Shown here piece by piece: positions 51,727-64,000 of a DNA stretch of 64,000 bases. The stretch lies in the NCBI RefSeq assembly GCF_009914755.1, contig NC_060930.1; one strand, written 5' to 3'. Made by a program: the position numbers and the translations under genes. A model generated the notes under the pieces. The model saw only the letters and a program-made list of their open reading frames with translations. It did no database searches and was not told where the DNA came from. Origin of the DNA: the human T2T-CHM13v2.0 reference genome, Homo sapiens. Within the stretch, counting starts at the first letter, position 1; each line of letters starts with the position of its first letter.

Positions 51727-52750
51727 AAAGTGATATTGAACTCACCTTGTTTTACCAAATGGAAATGGTTGACAATTTTTCATGTAAGAAGAAAGCATAC
51801 ATTATTGGGAATTTAAATAGGCAAAAGAAAAAGAACAGAATAGATAGATTTCAGGTGTCAGATGAAAATCAGTAAAGTCACTAGCTCAGAGACATGAAAA
51901 CATGGCTCCTTAAAGTTGTATAATTTCAGAGCAAATGTTCAGATCAGTATCTGATTTCACATGGAGTTAGTGCAGCATTTTTTAATGCCAGTATATACTC
52001 ATGATTTTAGAATATATGGAAAATAGTGTTGATCAAATATTAGTTCAAATATTTTAGATATTAGAAGCTCCCAAAATATTTTATGTAGATTATTTAGTGA
52101 GGCATATTGAAGAAATACATTTATTTATTTATCCGAGAAATATTTATTAAATTTATTGCTGTCTCCAGTCACTAAAGATTAAAAATTTAAATTTGTAATT
52201 AATCTCATCCTGTAACTATCAGCCTAGACATAGAGATAAACACACAAATAATTATAATATCATCTTATGTTTGTTGTATGTGCAGAATACTGAGATAACA
52301 CACCAGAAAATGTGAATAACTCTTTTTTTAATTAAAAGAGTAAATTTTTGTTTAAAGTTTAAAACTAGAAGTGCCTAATTATAGACTGTGTATTCTTTGT
52401 CAAATATCTTGCCCATTTACTATTCCTTCCATTTTTTGTATTGATCATGTTGGAACTTATTGCCTTATGTGTAAATCTTGCTTTTGTACACAGGGTGATT
52501 GGATTTTTAATAGCAAGACTGTATTGAGTATTTTGTTGGCTTTGTTTTGTTCTTTTTTAAATTATCTATCAACACTTAGCAGAGACTTGAGTATTACAGA
52601 AACTCAGTAAATTCATACTACACTTAGCAGACTATTTTGTCAGTATCTCAAAAAGACAGAATTACAAAAATTTTGCCCTTCCACGAAACTGAGACCCTCC
52701 ATGTAATGAGAATTGTACCTCAGAAAGGGCATGTTCAAAGACCGTAGAAA

Positions 52751-53480
52751 TGAGAAATAAAAGTGATATCATAAGCCCCCGCAGCTGACCAAATGGACCC
52801 CCTCTTGGTCATGGAAACCCCAGAGAAACTTTGAAAACTGAGTTCCTGGCCATGACAGAAAGGGAGGTTGGACATGCTTCATTATTCCCCTTCTTGTACT
52901 AACTGCCTTTAGCCTTTCTTCCCTAAGAGTTAAACAGAAACCAGCCCTTTGGAAAGACTCACTCCACCTGTGATATCAACTAGTGAGTTGATGCTGCTCC
53001 TCCCTTTTGCAGTTTTTACAAAACCACCAACCAGCATTCCTGCCTTATAAGAGACCACCAATGACAGAGTTGTTCTGGCCAGTCTACGCAGTATGTACTA
53101 AGAGAGTTCTTATGTCCTCTGCTTCTTCTTTTGATGTCAGAGGTCCGAAAATACCACCTTTGAATCATGGAAATGCCACCTTTTTTTTTTTAACTTAGGC
53201 CCCATGGAGAGACATGAAGTTTAATTATGCATATGCACATTTCTCCTTTTGTAAACATTCATTAGCCCTACTACAGTTTATTGAATATGTATATCTTACC
53301 ACCCTCCTCAGCCTAAATTCCTGTCTTATACTTCCTGCTCTTGAAGTGTGTGATTCTGGCTTCTGGTTAGAGCCTATGCTTCCCAACCAGTCATAATGGC
53401 CACTTCGCAGGCTGCAACTCTTCATAATAAATAAAGTTCTCCTTTCCAAATTTATGAACCCCATCATTCTTCAGTTGATG
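52751..53480 (+). mobile_element. MER72-like ERV1 solo LTR with 4-bp TSD
   Basis: tgagaaataaaa..taagccccc..ggaccccctcttgg..gaaaactgagttcctggccatgac; ends cattcttcagttga; TSD gaaa. Confidence 0.8.
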
Positions 53481-53754
53481 GAAATTTAAAAAATAAAAGC
53501 ACAGTGCAACTGGCAGTAAAATGTTAATCTGAGAAAATCCCTAGTATAATTTGAATTATTTTCTCAATTTCTTTCAGCCAAATATTTCTTCCCCTTTTCC
53601 TTCCTCTCACATATGAGGAAAAAAAATCAAAGGGGCCAATTCTTCCAAAATGTTAATATTTTATCACATCATATTTTAAAATTTTGTTGTTACATGAATA
53701 CACATATATACTTATTTCATTGGGTTATGTGGGTCTATATTAATTTCCATGAAA

Positions 53755-53902
53755 CTTACTTTATATTAAAATCACATGGAGAGCTTTAAGTAATAATGAT
53801 GCACAAATATCCTGATTAAATTAATATTTGTTAGCATGGGCCTCAAAATTTCTTAAAGCTCTTCAGATAATTCTAATATGCATTCAGAGTTGAAAAACAT
53901 TG
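53755..53902. mobile_element. MER5-type hAT-Charlie relic
   Basis: aaatcacatggagagcttt...cagataattctaatatgca..agagttgaaaaacattg. Confidence 0.6.
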
Positions 53903-53924
53903 GCCAAAAAGTGAAACATAATTC

Positions 53925-54180
53925 TTTTTTGAATTGTATTTTTAATTAAAAAATAATAATTTTATATATTTATGGAGTAAAATGTGATGTTACATGTAAA
54001 CATCATGGATCGATTAAATAAAGTAATTAACATATTTGTCACTTTACATACTTACCTTTTCCTTATGGCAAGAACGTGTAAGGATCTGCTCTTCCAGTAA
54101 TTTTGAAATGTTTGATATATTATAACTGATTGTAGTTATCATGCTATTTAATAGCTCACTAGAACTTGTTCCCCTTCCCA
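53925..54180 (-). mobile_element. L1MA 3' end
   Basis: tatatatttatggagtaaaatgtgatg..aattaacatatttgtcac..tagttatcatgct..tagaactt. Confidence 0.7.
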
Positions 54181-54369
54181 GCTTTTACTTCCATACTGGT
54201 CTAGATATGTATATGAACGTAAATATATTAAAAATGTATGGGAAGGTAAGTTTTGCTGGTATTTCATGGTGATATTTGGAGACAGAATTCATGTAGTAAA
54301 AATCCTGTCTTTAAAAATTCATCCTGTTTCTCAAAATGCTACAAAAAAATACATGTACAGAAAAAAAAA

Positions 54370-57310
54370 ACAGCAAATGCTTATCTTTTATTATTACTTT
54401 AAGCTTTAGAAAACTAAGCCAAATTAAGTAAGAAAAAGTAAATAAGAGAAGAAAAAATGATATTTCGAATTAAAACAGAGAAAAATATAAATGACGCTGA
54501 AATCAGATTCTTTAAAAAGATAAAGAAGTTGATAGGTATTTAGCAAGAAGGAAGATACAACTTGTCAATAGTAGGGAAGAAGGAAAAAATATAACTAGGA
54601 TGTACAGACAATAAAAGCATAAGGTCATATCTTGAGCAACTCTGTTCTCATAAATTCAACAAAATAAAATTAATTAATTTCCCCATAAATCATGAACATA
54701 GAAAAGATGATACAAATAACATATACAATCCAATATATCTTTTAAAAATTTAAGTTAAAAAATTTTGAAAAGAAACATCTGATCAATGATGGTTTCAATC
54801 GTAAACTCTACCTAATCTTTATAGAAGAAATAGTATCAATTTTGAAACAATCTCTTCCGGAAAGCAGAATACTGGAGCAGTTAATTTAGCCAGCATTATT
54901 CTAATTCCAAAACCACCCAAAGACAGTACAAAAATGGAATGAAAAAAAAGAAAACAATGACACAAAAATAAAATAAAATGAATCTACAGACCAATATCCA
55001 AAATATATATAGGTGTAAAAATTCTTAACAAAATATAAGCAAATCAAATCAAGCAATACATAAACTCATAAGATTACATAATAAAGTTAGGTTTATCTGA
55101 AGAATGTAAAGCTGGTTGATACTGAAAAACCTATCAATGTAATAATCATATTTACAATTTAAAAAACAAAAGGACATTATCATATCAATTGACAGAGAGT
55201 TTGATGAAATTCAATACTCATTTATGATAAACACATTCATTAATCTAGGAATAAAAACAGACATCTATAAAAACCCATAATGATTATATACTTAGTGATA
55301 AATGATGTTCCTGTAGAGTCCAAATCAATGCAAAGATGTCCATGTGACATTCCTATTTAATACTTTACTAGAAGTGTAGGCCAGTGCCATAAGGCAAGAA
55401 AATACAAATCATACAAATCATAAATGAAAAGTTCAATTATCCTTTTTGGAAAAGACGTAAACGTCTACATAGAATATCCCAAGGAATCTACAAAAAAATA
55501 GGTTTAACAAGTTTTCAGAATAAAAGATTAGCTCATACACATGAATTGTATTTCTGTATACTAACAATTAAAAACAACATATTTTTAAAACTTACCTTGG
55601 ACAGTCTCTTATCAAAAAATCTGCAGGCATTGCATGCATAAAATTGCAAAATGTGATGAAGTAAATGAAAAGAGACCTGAATAATGGAGAGACATAACTT
55701 GCTTATGAATTGAAAAAACTCAAGCTAGTACTGATGTTAATTTTCCCCACCACAATTTATAGAACCAGCAAGGATTTTGTAAGTTTTTACAAGCAAACTC
55801 TAAAACTTATATATAAATCTAAGAAAGTATGCAGGATAGTTCTTGGACTGACTCATTTATCTTCACTTTCTTGTTTGTAGCTTCCATAATAGCTATGGAA
55901 TATACTGAAATGTAACACCCTGAGATAAGTGGGGAGCCAGTTGGAAGAGCTTGTGCTCTATTCCATTTCCTCTAGAAAATGATGTTCTTCAATGCTTTTA
56001 GCCCAGTGTGTCACAATTTGGTGGGGTATAAAACCCAGGGCTGGCTGCTATGTGAGGTCCCTCAGCTGCAGTGCAAACAGGGCACATGGATTTAAGACTC
56101 CATCTGTCCTGGACAACTTTCCTGAGCCTTGAAGGATGGCTCACAATGAATCCTTGGCTTCTGTTTTCCCTTGTTGCCTATATGCAAGTAATAAGCCTAT
56201 TTCATGTAACTTGCTGTGTTCATGGGTATTCTGTCTTACCAGAATCAGACAAGTTGGTAACTGGGGCACAGTGAACCTCCTTCCTGGGTAGAATAGAATA
56301 AAAAAGCTAAACATAGCTATCTAAAGACTTACTCTACCAGAATACAGACAGAGTACAATTAATATAGGAGATTATATATAACACATACACACACACATAT
56401 ATATACATATATATGTATATATATATATATGGAAATAAAGAAAATATATCCACATAAATGTGGCCAAATATTTTAGCAAAAATGCAAAAGTATTCTAATG
56501 AAGAAAGAATAAACTTCTCAATAGATGATGTTTTAAAAACTGACTTATGCATTTAAAAATAAAGTTTGATCTAATCTTCACAACACACATTAAATTGACT
56601 CAAAATGAATCATCAATATAGTTTTTAAAGTAAAACTATAACTTTTTGGAATAAAATATAGAAAAAAGTCATCCTGTTCTTGTCCAAAGAGATAACAAAA
56701 TGTATGAAGAAAAATAATGAATGGATTAAGTACCTTTATATGATAAACTTTGATCTGTTAAAGACCATGTTATGAAAATAAAAAGTCAAGATACAAACTT
56801 TTTTTTGCAAAGAACATATCTGGCAAAGGACTTTTAATCAGACTATATTAAGAACCCTCAAAAACCAAGAGCAAGAAAAAAATTTTAAAGATTAAAAGAG
56901 TCACATCAGTGAAAATGGCACAGGAAAGGCTCACAAAAATTCTTTCCTCTATAACAGTAAAAAACTGGCAAAAATTGTCAGAATAAACCTTTTCAGACCT
57001 CTGGAAAGTAACAAAAACTTGCAACAATTTGAAGCATGTTTATGCAAAAGAATATGTATATTCTCTGATGGTAAAGCCATAAAAATAGATACTAATAATC
57101 TTACAATCTCTAGGAAATAAAAATGTATGTTTTCAAAATAACGTTTTCTAACGGGGTATGAAAATAATACACAATTGTTAAAGTAATACAAGTGGATAAT
57201 TTATGTAGCAAAACCCATAAGAAGTATTTAGAATTATACTCAATAATTAATTACTGAAAAGGAATAGAAATAAGACTGCAAACTACATAATAACTAAGCA
57301 AAAATAGTAA
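54370..57310 (+). mobile_element. Old L1M ORF2 fragments
   Basis: gccagcattattctaattccaaaacca; tacagaccaatatc; tttgatgaaattcaatactcatttatgataa. Confidence 0.75.
55828..56285 (+). mobile_element. LTR47-like ERVL solo LTR
   Basis: tgcaggatagttc..caccctgagataag..ggggtataaaacccagggc..cagacaagttggtaac..cagtgaacc. Confidence 0.75.
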
Positions 57311-57346
57311 AACTGGGATTACAGTCATGAGCCAACACACCTGGCC

Positions 57347-58410
57347 ACCACATTTTCTTTATTCATCCATTGATAGGTTGATTCCACATCTTGGCTATTG
57401 TGACTAGTGCTGCAATAAACATAGTAATGCGGATATCTTTTTGATATGTGAATTACCTTATTAAAAAATACACATTTATATATACACATACATATGTGTG
57501 TATATGTTTATATATATATAATACAATACATATATATATATATACACACATACACACACTCAGCAGTGGGATTCCTAGGTCATATGGTAGTTCTAGTTAT
57601 AGATTTTTTTTTTAAACTCCCATACTGTTTTGGTAGTGGCTGTACTAATTTACATTCTCACCAACAGTGTTTGAATGCCTTTCTCTGCATTCTTGCCAGT
57701 AATATTTGTTGACATAAAAAAAGGCACATAAGCCAATTAAACTAAATACAGAACCCAGAAATAAAACCAAGCATTTCCAGTCAACTCATTGTCTATAAAG
57801 GCAACAAGAACATACATTGGGTAAAGAGCAGTCTCTTCAATAAATGGCGCTAGGAAAACTGGATATCCATATGCAAAAGAGTGAAACTAGACCTGTATCT
57901 CTCACCATATATAAAAATAACATCAAAATAGATTAAGGACATAAGTGTAAGACATGAAACTATAAATCTTCTGGAAGTTATTAACTGGGGAAACACTCTA
58001 GGATATTGATTTGGGCAAACTTTTATTGAGTAAGATCTCAACAGCACAGCCAAGCAAAGCAAAAATGGACCAATGGAATCATATCAACCTAAACAGCTTC
58101 TGCACAGAACAGAAAAAGAATAAACAAAATGAAGAGACAACCTACAGAATGAGAGGAAGTATTTGTAAACTGTTCAACTTACGAGGAATTAATTCCTAGA
58201 AGATATAAGAAACTTAACCAATGTAATAGAAAAAAATTATCTGATTTAAAACAGTAAACCTGAAAATATTTCTCAAAAAACGATATACAAATGTCCAACA
58301 GGCATATAAAAAAATGTTACACATCACTAATCATAAGCAAAATGCACAACACAACCACAATTAGGTATCATCTCACCCCAGTTTAAGTGAATGTTGTAAA
58401 AAAGACAGAA
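57347..58410 (-). mobile_element. L1MA with a 5' inversion (junction ~57710); its 3' UTR is lost at an Alu stub (57313-57346)
   Basis: Antisense segment 57347-57710 and sense segment 57711-58410 are contiguous in the L1 consensus (aaaaagaca..|..aacaaat..ctggc). Confidence 0.75.
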
Positions 58411-58482
58411 GAATTGAAATATTAAGATAATACTTCTCCCTTCTCTCCACATAAAGTTGAATACTAAATTTAAGAAATTCAC

Positions 58483-58868
<386 letters not shown>

Positions 58869-58888
58869 TTATTCACAATTATAATTTT

Positions 58889-59802
58889 CTTATTTTATTA
58901 TTATTATACTTTAAGTTTTAGGGTACATGTGCACATTGTGCAGGTTAGTTACGTATGTATACTTGTGCCATGCTGCTGCCCTGCACCCATTAACTCATCA
59001 TTTAGCATTAGGTACATCTCCTAAAGCTATCCCTCCACCATCCCCCCACCCCACAACAGTCCCCAGAGTGTGATGTTCCCCTTCCTGTGTCCATGTGTTC
59101 TCATTGTTCAATTCCCACCTATGAGTGAGAATATGCGGTGTTTGGTTTTTTGTTCTTGCGATAGTTTACTGAGAATGATGATTTCCAATTTCATCCATGT
59201 CCCTACAAAGGACATGAACTCATCATTTTTTATGGCTGCATAGTATTCCATGGTGTATATGTGCCACATTTTCTTAATCCAGTCTATCATTGTTGGACAT
59301 TTGGGTTGGTTCCAAGTCTTTGCTATTGTGAATAGTGCCACAATAAACATACGTGTGCATGTGTCTTTATAGCAGCATGATTTATAGTCCTTTGGGTATA
59401 TACCCAGTAATGGGATGGCTGGGTCAAATGGTATTTCTAGCTCTAGATCCTTGAGGAATCGCCACACTGACTTCCACAATGGTTGAACTAGTTTACAGTC
59501 CCACCAACAGTGTAAAAGTGTTCCTATTTCTCCACATCCTTTCCAGCACCTGTTGTTTCCTGACTTTCTAATGATTGCCATTCTAACTGGTGTGAGATGG
59601 TATCTCATTGTGGTTTTGATTTGCATTTCTCTGATAGCCAGTGATGGTGAGCACTTTTTCATGTGTTTTTTGGCTGCATAAATGTCTTCTTTTGAGAAGT
59701 GTCTGTTCATGTCCTTTGCCCACTTTTTGATGGGGTTGTTTGTTTTTTTCTTGTAAATTTGTTTGAGTTCATTGTAGATTCTGGATATTAGCCCTTTGTC
59801 AG
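58889..59802 (-). mobile_element. 5'-truncated L1PA3-like element
   Basis: ORF 59108-59710(-) is the ORF2 C-terminus ([21 protein letters not shown]...IFSLIGGN); 3' UTR; TSD ttataat(t/g)tt at 58879-58888 and 59803-59812. Confidence 0.97.
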
Positions 59803-60159
59803 TTATAATGTTAATAATTTCAATAATGTTTATGAAACTACCTTCATGATTATAAATGTAAAATTAAAATAAGAATAATATGTAAGTTGTCATCCTAATA
59901 TAAATACAACTGAGCATGGAATCAACTTTTCAAGAATAATCCTCTCAAACATCTTAGTCCATTTGTTTCCATTGGTGAATTGTTCCTATGTATTTAAAGA
60001 TGAGCCACAAGTCACAGAAAGAGGTTTAATATGGAGTTATTAAAACCTTAATATAAAAACTTGATATTTTTGTTTACAAAAAAGATTCTTACCAAGGGTC
60101 TATTTTTGAAACTAATAATAAATCCTCCAATCTTGAAGCATTTAGTATGCAAGATACAC

Positions 60160-60377
60160 TGTGTTAAGATCATTATTCTCATTAACTTTAGTCTTCATAA
60201 TGAGCCTCTGAAACTAATACTTTCTCTATCCTCATTTGATAGATGAGGCATCTGAAATTTAGAAAAGTGAAGTAAGTTGCCTTAAAGAAAAGTGAAGTAG
60301 CTGTAATGCAACTGAGCAGGGGAAGTGAGTTATGAACCCAGAAAATATGGTTTCAGAATTTATGCTTTTACCACTTT
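60160..60377 (-). mobile_element. MIR remnant
   Basis: tagtcttcataatgagcctctga..tatcctcatttgatagatgagg..tgaagtaagttgcc. Confidence 0.6.
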
Positions 60378-61190
60378 GCATGTTTAATTTATGTGTTAAC
60401 TTGGCTATGCCAAGGTACCTAGATATTTAGTCAAATATTATTCTAGATGTTTCTGTGAAGGTAATTTTAACTAAGGTTAATGTTTACATCAGTATGTTTG
60501 AGTGAAGCACATTATTCTTCGTAATGTGGTGGGCTCATCCAATCAGTTCAAGGGAGGCCTTATTAAAAAAAGACTGCCCTCCCTGGAAGAAGAGAGAATT
60601 CGGCCAGCAGACTGCCTGTGGAATTAAATTTCAACTATTCTCTGGGTGTCTTGCCTACTGGTTTAGCGTGCAGACTTTAAACTTGCCAGCTTTCCACAAT
60701 CAGGTGAGCTAACTCCTTAAACTTTCTCTTTCTGTTGTTTTATGAAAAACAATATAACATCTCTCTTTATAGATAATATATAATAATATAAAATGTGTGG
60801 CATTACATGGAATATTTCATAATTAAAACACATACAATGTATAATATATTGGTTATATATTATAAATATTTACATATAATTATGCATACTACATAATAAT
60901 TATATATTACAAATAATTGTATATAGTTACACATAAAATATGTAATGGATATATTAATAATATATAATTATACATACAATATATAATAGTTTTATATTAT
61001 TAATAATTATATATGATTATGTATACAAATCTATTATGTATTATAAATAATTTTATATAATTATACACACAATATATAATAGTTACTATGTATTATATAT
61101 AATAATAGAAAATATATGTATATATACCCATATGTATAGATACACATGTCCCATTGGTTGTTGGTTGTTTCTCTGGAGAACTCTAATACA
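60378..61190 (+). mobile_element. MLT2C-like LTR with an internal AT-rich expansion (~60760-61145)
   Basis: tatgtgttaacttggcta..ggtacctagatatttagtcaaatattattctagatgtttctgtgaagg...gtttctctggagaactctaataca. Confidence 0.85.
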
Positions 61191-62468
61191 ACATGACAAT
61201 ATACATCCCCTAGTAATAAAATGCTTGCAAGTGTAAATCAGTTAAATAAATGTAAAAATAATACAATTTACTATATTAAACTGGGCATAAACTTTGAAAT
61301 TAAATAGTTTTAATGTTAAGAACCAATGGAGTCAAATTTTATAGAAGTGCCTGCATTATGCTAGGCACTCTACTAAACACAATAAAAGACTATAAATTAT
61401 TATAAATGACATATATGTAAATAATTTTAAGTACCATAAAAACAACAAATGTATAATATGTAAAATTAAAAATATTTTATATATCTTTGGATGATATAAT
61501 TTTAAAAATACTTCACTATCTAAACATGTTTAAACACATTTCAGTTTTTGAAAGATTCTCAAATATCAATAAAAACCTTTTTAGGAAGTTTGAGACATGA
61601 CAATAATAATAACAGCAATTATTTATTGATTAATAGCTCCTTACCAGATATTCTTCTAAGCATTTTAGGAATAGTTTTATTAATAATTAAATTCTCACAT
61701 AAACCTCTAAGGTTAGTACATTTTATAAAGATGTATAACCCCAATTTAAACTAAAATTGGTCTGTCTAGGAAACCCATGATGACAGTCAGTTTTTTGCTT
61801 AGAAATATAATGACTCTTCTTTAACTTAAGAGGAGTTAGATTATATTATATGATCAGAATTATACTAGTATTGTATAGAAAGGAGAAGTTCTAAGCAGTT
61901 TCTCACAGAAATCAACAAAAATATTCACCAAAGTTTTTCTTTTATTCATTTAATTCATCCAATAGTTCATAATCACTTATACTATATCAGCACTTTACTG
62001 TACAGTAGACATTGAGGAACGAATAAGACCTAGTGTAAATGTATTATCAAGGTACATATATTCTGTATTAAAAACAATTGTTTTTCATACCCCAGCAAAT
62101 ATTCCGATGGCTATATCACCAAGTGTTTGGAGTATTTTAACCAGATAAGTACCATCAAAAATTTAACTATGCAAGGGCTGCTTGGATGAATTTGGAAGTA
62201 TGTCTAAGAGTTGATCAAAGGAAGCATTCGGTGTCATACATAATGATCAGAGAAAATTGCACACATGAAAAGAAAGATATAAAATGTAATGACACTTCTG
62301 GAAATTTACAAAAAATAAAATAAAAGGACCATGAAAAGGCAATGGAAATGTATTTCTAGGACAGTGCCTGAATAATAGTTCTAGATACCAAATTCATTTT
62401 CCAGTCCTTAATGGACTTGAGGACTAAGTTAAAATTTAAGCTTTTTCCTTAAAGATATGAAACCCATT

Positions 62469-62583
62469 TGATATAGTTTTACTGTGTCCCCACCCAAACC
62501 TCATCTTGAATTGTAGTTCGCATCATCCCCACGTGTGGTAGGAGGGACCCAGTAGGAGGTAATTGAATCATGAAGGCGGTTTC
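62469..62583 (+). mobile_element. THE1 LTR 5' fragment
   Basis: tgatatagttttactgtgtccccacccaaacctcatcttgaattgtagtt..ggaggtaattgaatcatg. Confidence 0.85.
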
Positions 62584-62764
62584 AAGACCTCTAACAATGT
62601 CTGTTACTAAAAATTAAAAGGCATAATTCTATCTACATTTTCCAGATATAAGTCACTTCTTAGACCTAGAATTCATTGATTTAATGAGACTGGATCCTCT
62701 TAAGGAGGACTGCATAACACCACAGCAAGTATTTACTACGTTGCTCAGTAAGTTTTCTCCAGTG

Positions 62765-64000
62765 TGAGGCAGGAGAAGTGGGTCTGGAGGCAGGAAACCT
62801 AAGGCTGATTCATGTTGACTTCATAAAACTGAAACAAAATGAAAACCTCACCTTTCCATGCCAAAGTACCAAAAGAATCAGAGGCCACTCCATTTGCAAC
62901 CCTCCCCCTTTCTGCATCACAGGTGAAAAATTGAAAGTACCTCTAATTGGTCTCCTCCTGCAACCATTCAGACTGAGCATGGGTGTAGTCTTTATTTGCA
63001 TAGGGGTGTAACTTCGTGACTTCACCTCAGCCTCTGACTGGTCACCTCTCATGACCAATTAGACTGGTTGCAGGCCATTTATTTATTTTCATAGGGTGTA
63101 ACCAAATAACCAGTGCAAAACCTCTACAGGGTATTGATACACCAGAAAATTCTGTAACCAACAGTCTTGAGCCACTTACTCAAGCTCACTCCCATTCTGT
63201 GGCATGTACTTTTATTTCAATAAATCTGTGCTTTTGTTGCTTCATTATTTCATAGCTTTGTATGTGTTATATGTTGTATCTGCCAAATTGGCTTATAAGT
63301 AAAAGAGCACTCATAAAATAAGTAAATAAGTCCAAGGATATTTCAACTTGATGTGACTTAAGTAAATCTTTATTAAACAAGCTGGCTTTAAAATTATTGG
63401 TAAAATAAAAATAGAAATATCTTCAGAATTGTCAACATACATTTTTGTCTGTTTTATATTTGTCTTTTCTAAATATTTTAAGGTGTTTAATATCTCAGTT
63501 TTCTGAATTAATCTAGATTAAACAGTTAAAAATGAAAGAATTGAGTACATGTAACTGGGATAAATGTTTTAGGTAAACTTTTTGTGTAATTTAAAATCTT
63601 AATGTTATTTTCAATGTTCATTGGATATCTGATTTATTTCCAATTAAGAAAAGGTTATGATATGGTAAAATATGTTTCTAAAAATTGTGTGATTTTCCTC
63701 ATGCATAAAATGCTCATATCTTATAGTTCAGGATTTCTTGTATTTTAGGGTTTCACTAAAATTTAAGGTTATTAAGGATAATAATTCTATTTAACAGATA
63801 ATTCTGTATACAAAATTGTGCCAAAACATGTGTTATTAGGAAGAAAAGTAATATTTGTGTGTAATTCAGAAGTTATCTAAAAGTTAATTCAAATTATGGA
63901 CTTAAAAAAAGGGTTATTTATGAGACAAGGTAGTAACAAACCAGTAAGTATGGGAGAGATGTGTGAAGAAAATTAGTATATGAAGATGTGTTTTGGTAAA
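62765..64000 (+). mobile_element. MER51-like LTR (to ~63268) fused to MER4-group internal sequence that runs off the window
   Basis: tgaggcaggagaagtgggtctggaggcaggaaacctaaggc; poly(A) signal tcaataaa; then ccaaattggcttataagtaaaagagcactcataaa internal sequence. Confidence 0.8.

Overview
This is primate (almost certainly human) non-coding genomic DNA. It is very AT-rich, CpG-poor and dominated by transposable-element remnants, consistent with a gene desert or a very large intron. No protein-coding exon, tRNA, rRNA or CRISPR is supportable. The only real peptides in the ORF track are LINE-1 ORF2 C-terminal fragments; the rest are Alu, LTR or simple-repeat artefacts. The repeats include young and old L1s, AluJ/S/Y and FRAM, L2/MIR, MaLR/ERVL/ERV1 LTRs (THE1, MLT1, MLT2, LTR16, LTR41-like, LTR47, MER21, MER52, MER72, MER51), and MER44/MER5 DNA-transposon relics. 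Family names come from recalled consensus sequences, and boundaries of old elements are approximate. Several features are not explained by repeat annotation. (1) There are three local inverted duplications: a ~150-bp, ~97% identical pair around a 1.2-kb spacer at 46.5-48.1 kb; a 56-bp inverted templated insertion with a 12-bp target duplication at 7.4 kb; and an older pair carrying mirror (CA)n/(TG)n tracts at 4.2-4.6 kb. (2) A ~100-bp L1 stub at 29.0 kb carries the human-specific L1HS 3' diagnostic base. (3) A repeat-free enhancer-like block at 1.9-2.6 kb has clustered TGACAG (MEIS/TALE) sites, an RFX X-box and an AP-1 site. (4) A 1.35-kb palindromic AT-rich VNTR lies at 41-42.3 kb. (5) Two L1s are twin-primed (5'-inverted). 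I do not see a convincing novel gene-encoded system; the most distinctive signal is structural, namely recurrent fold-back or template-switch events.
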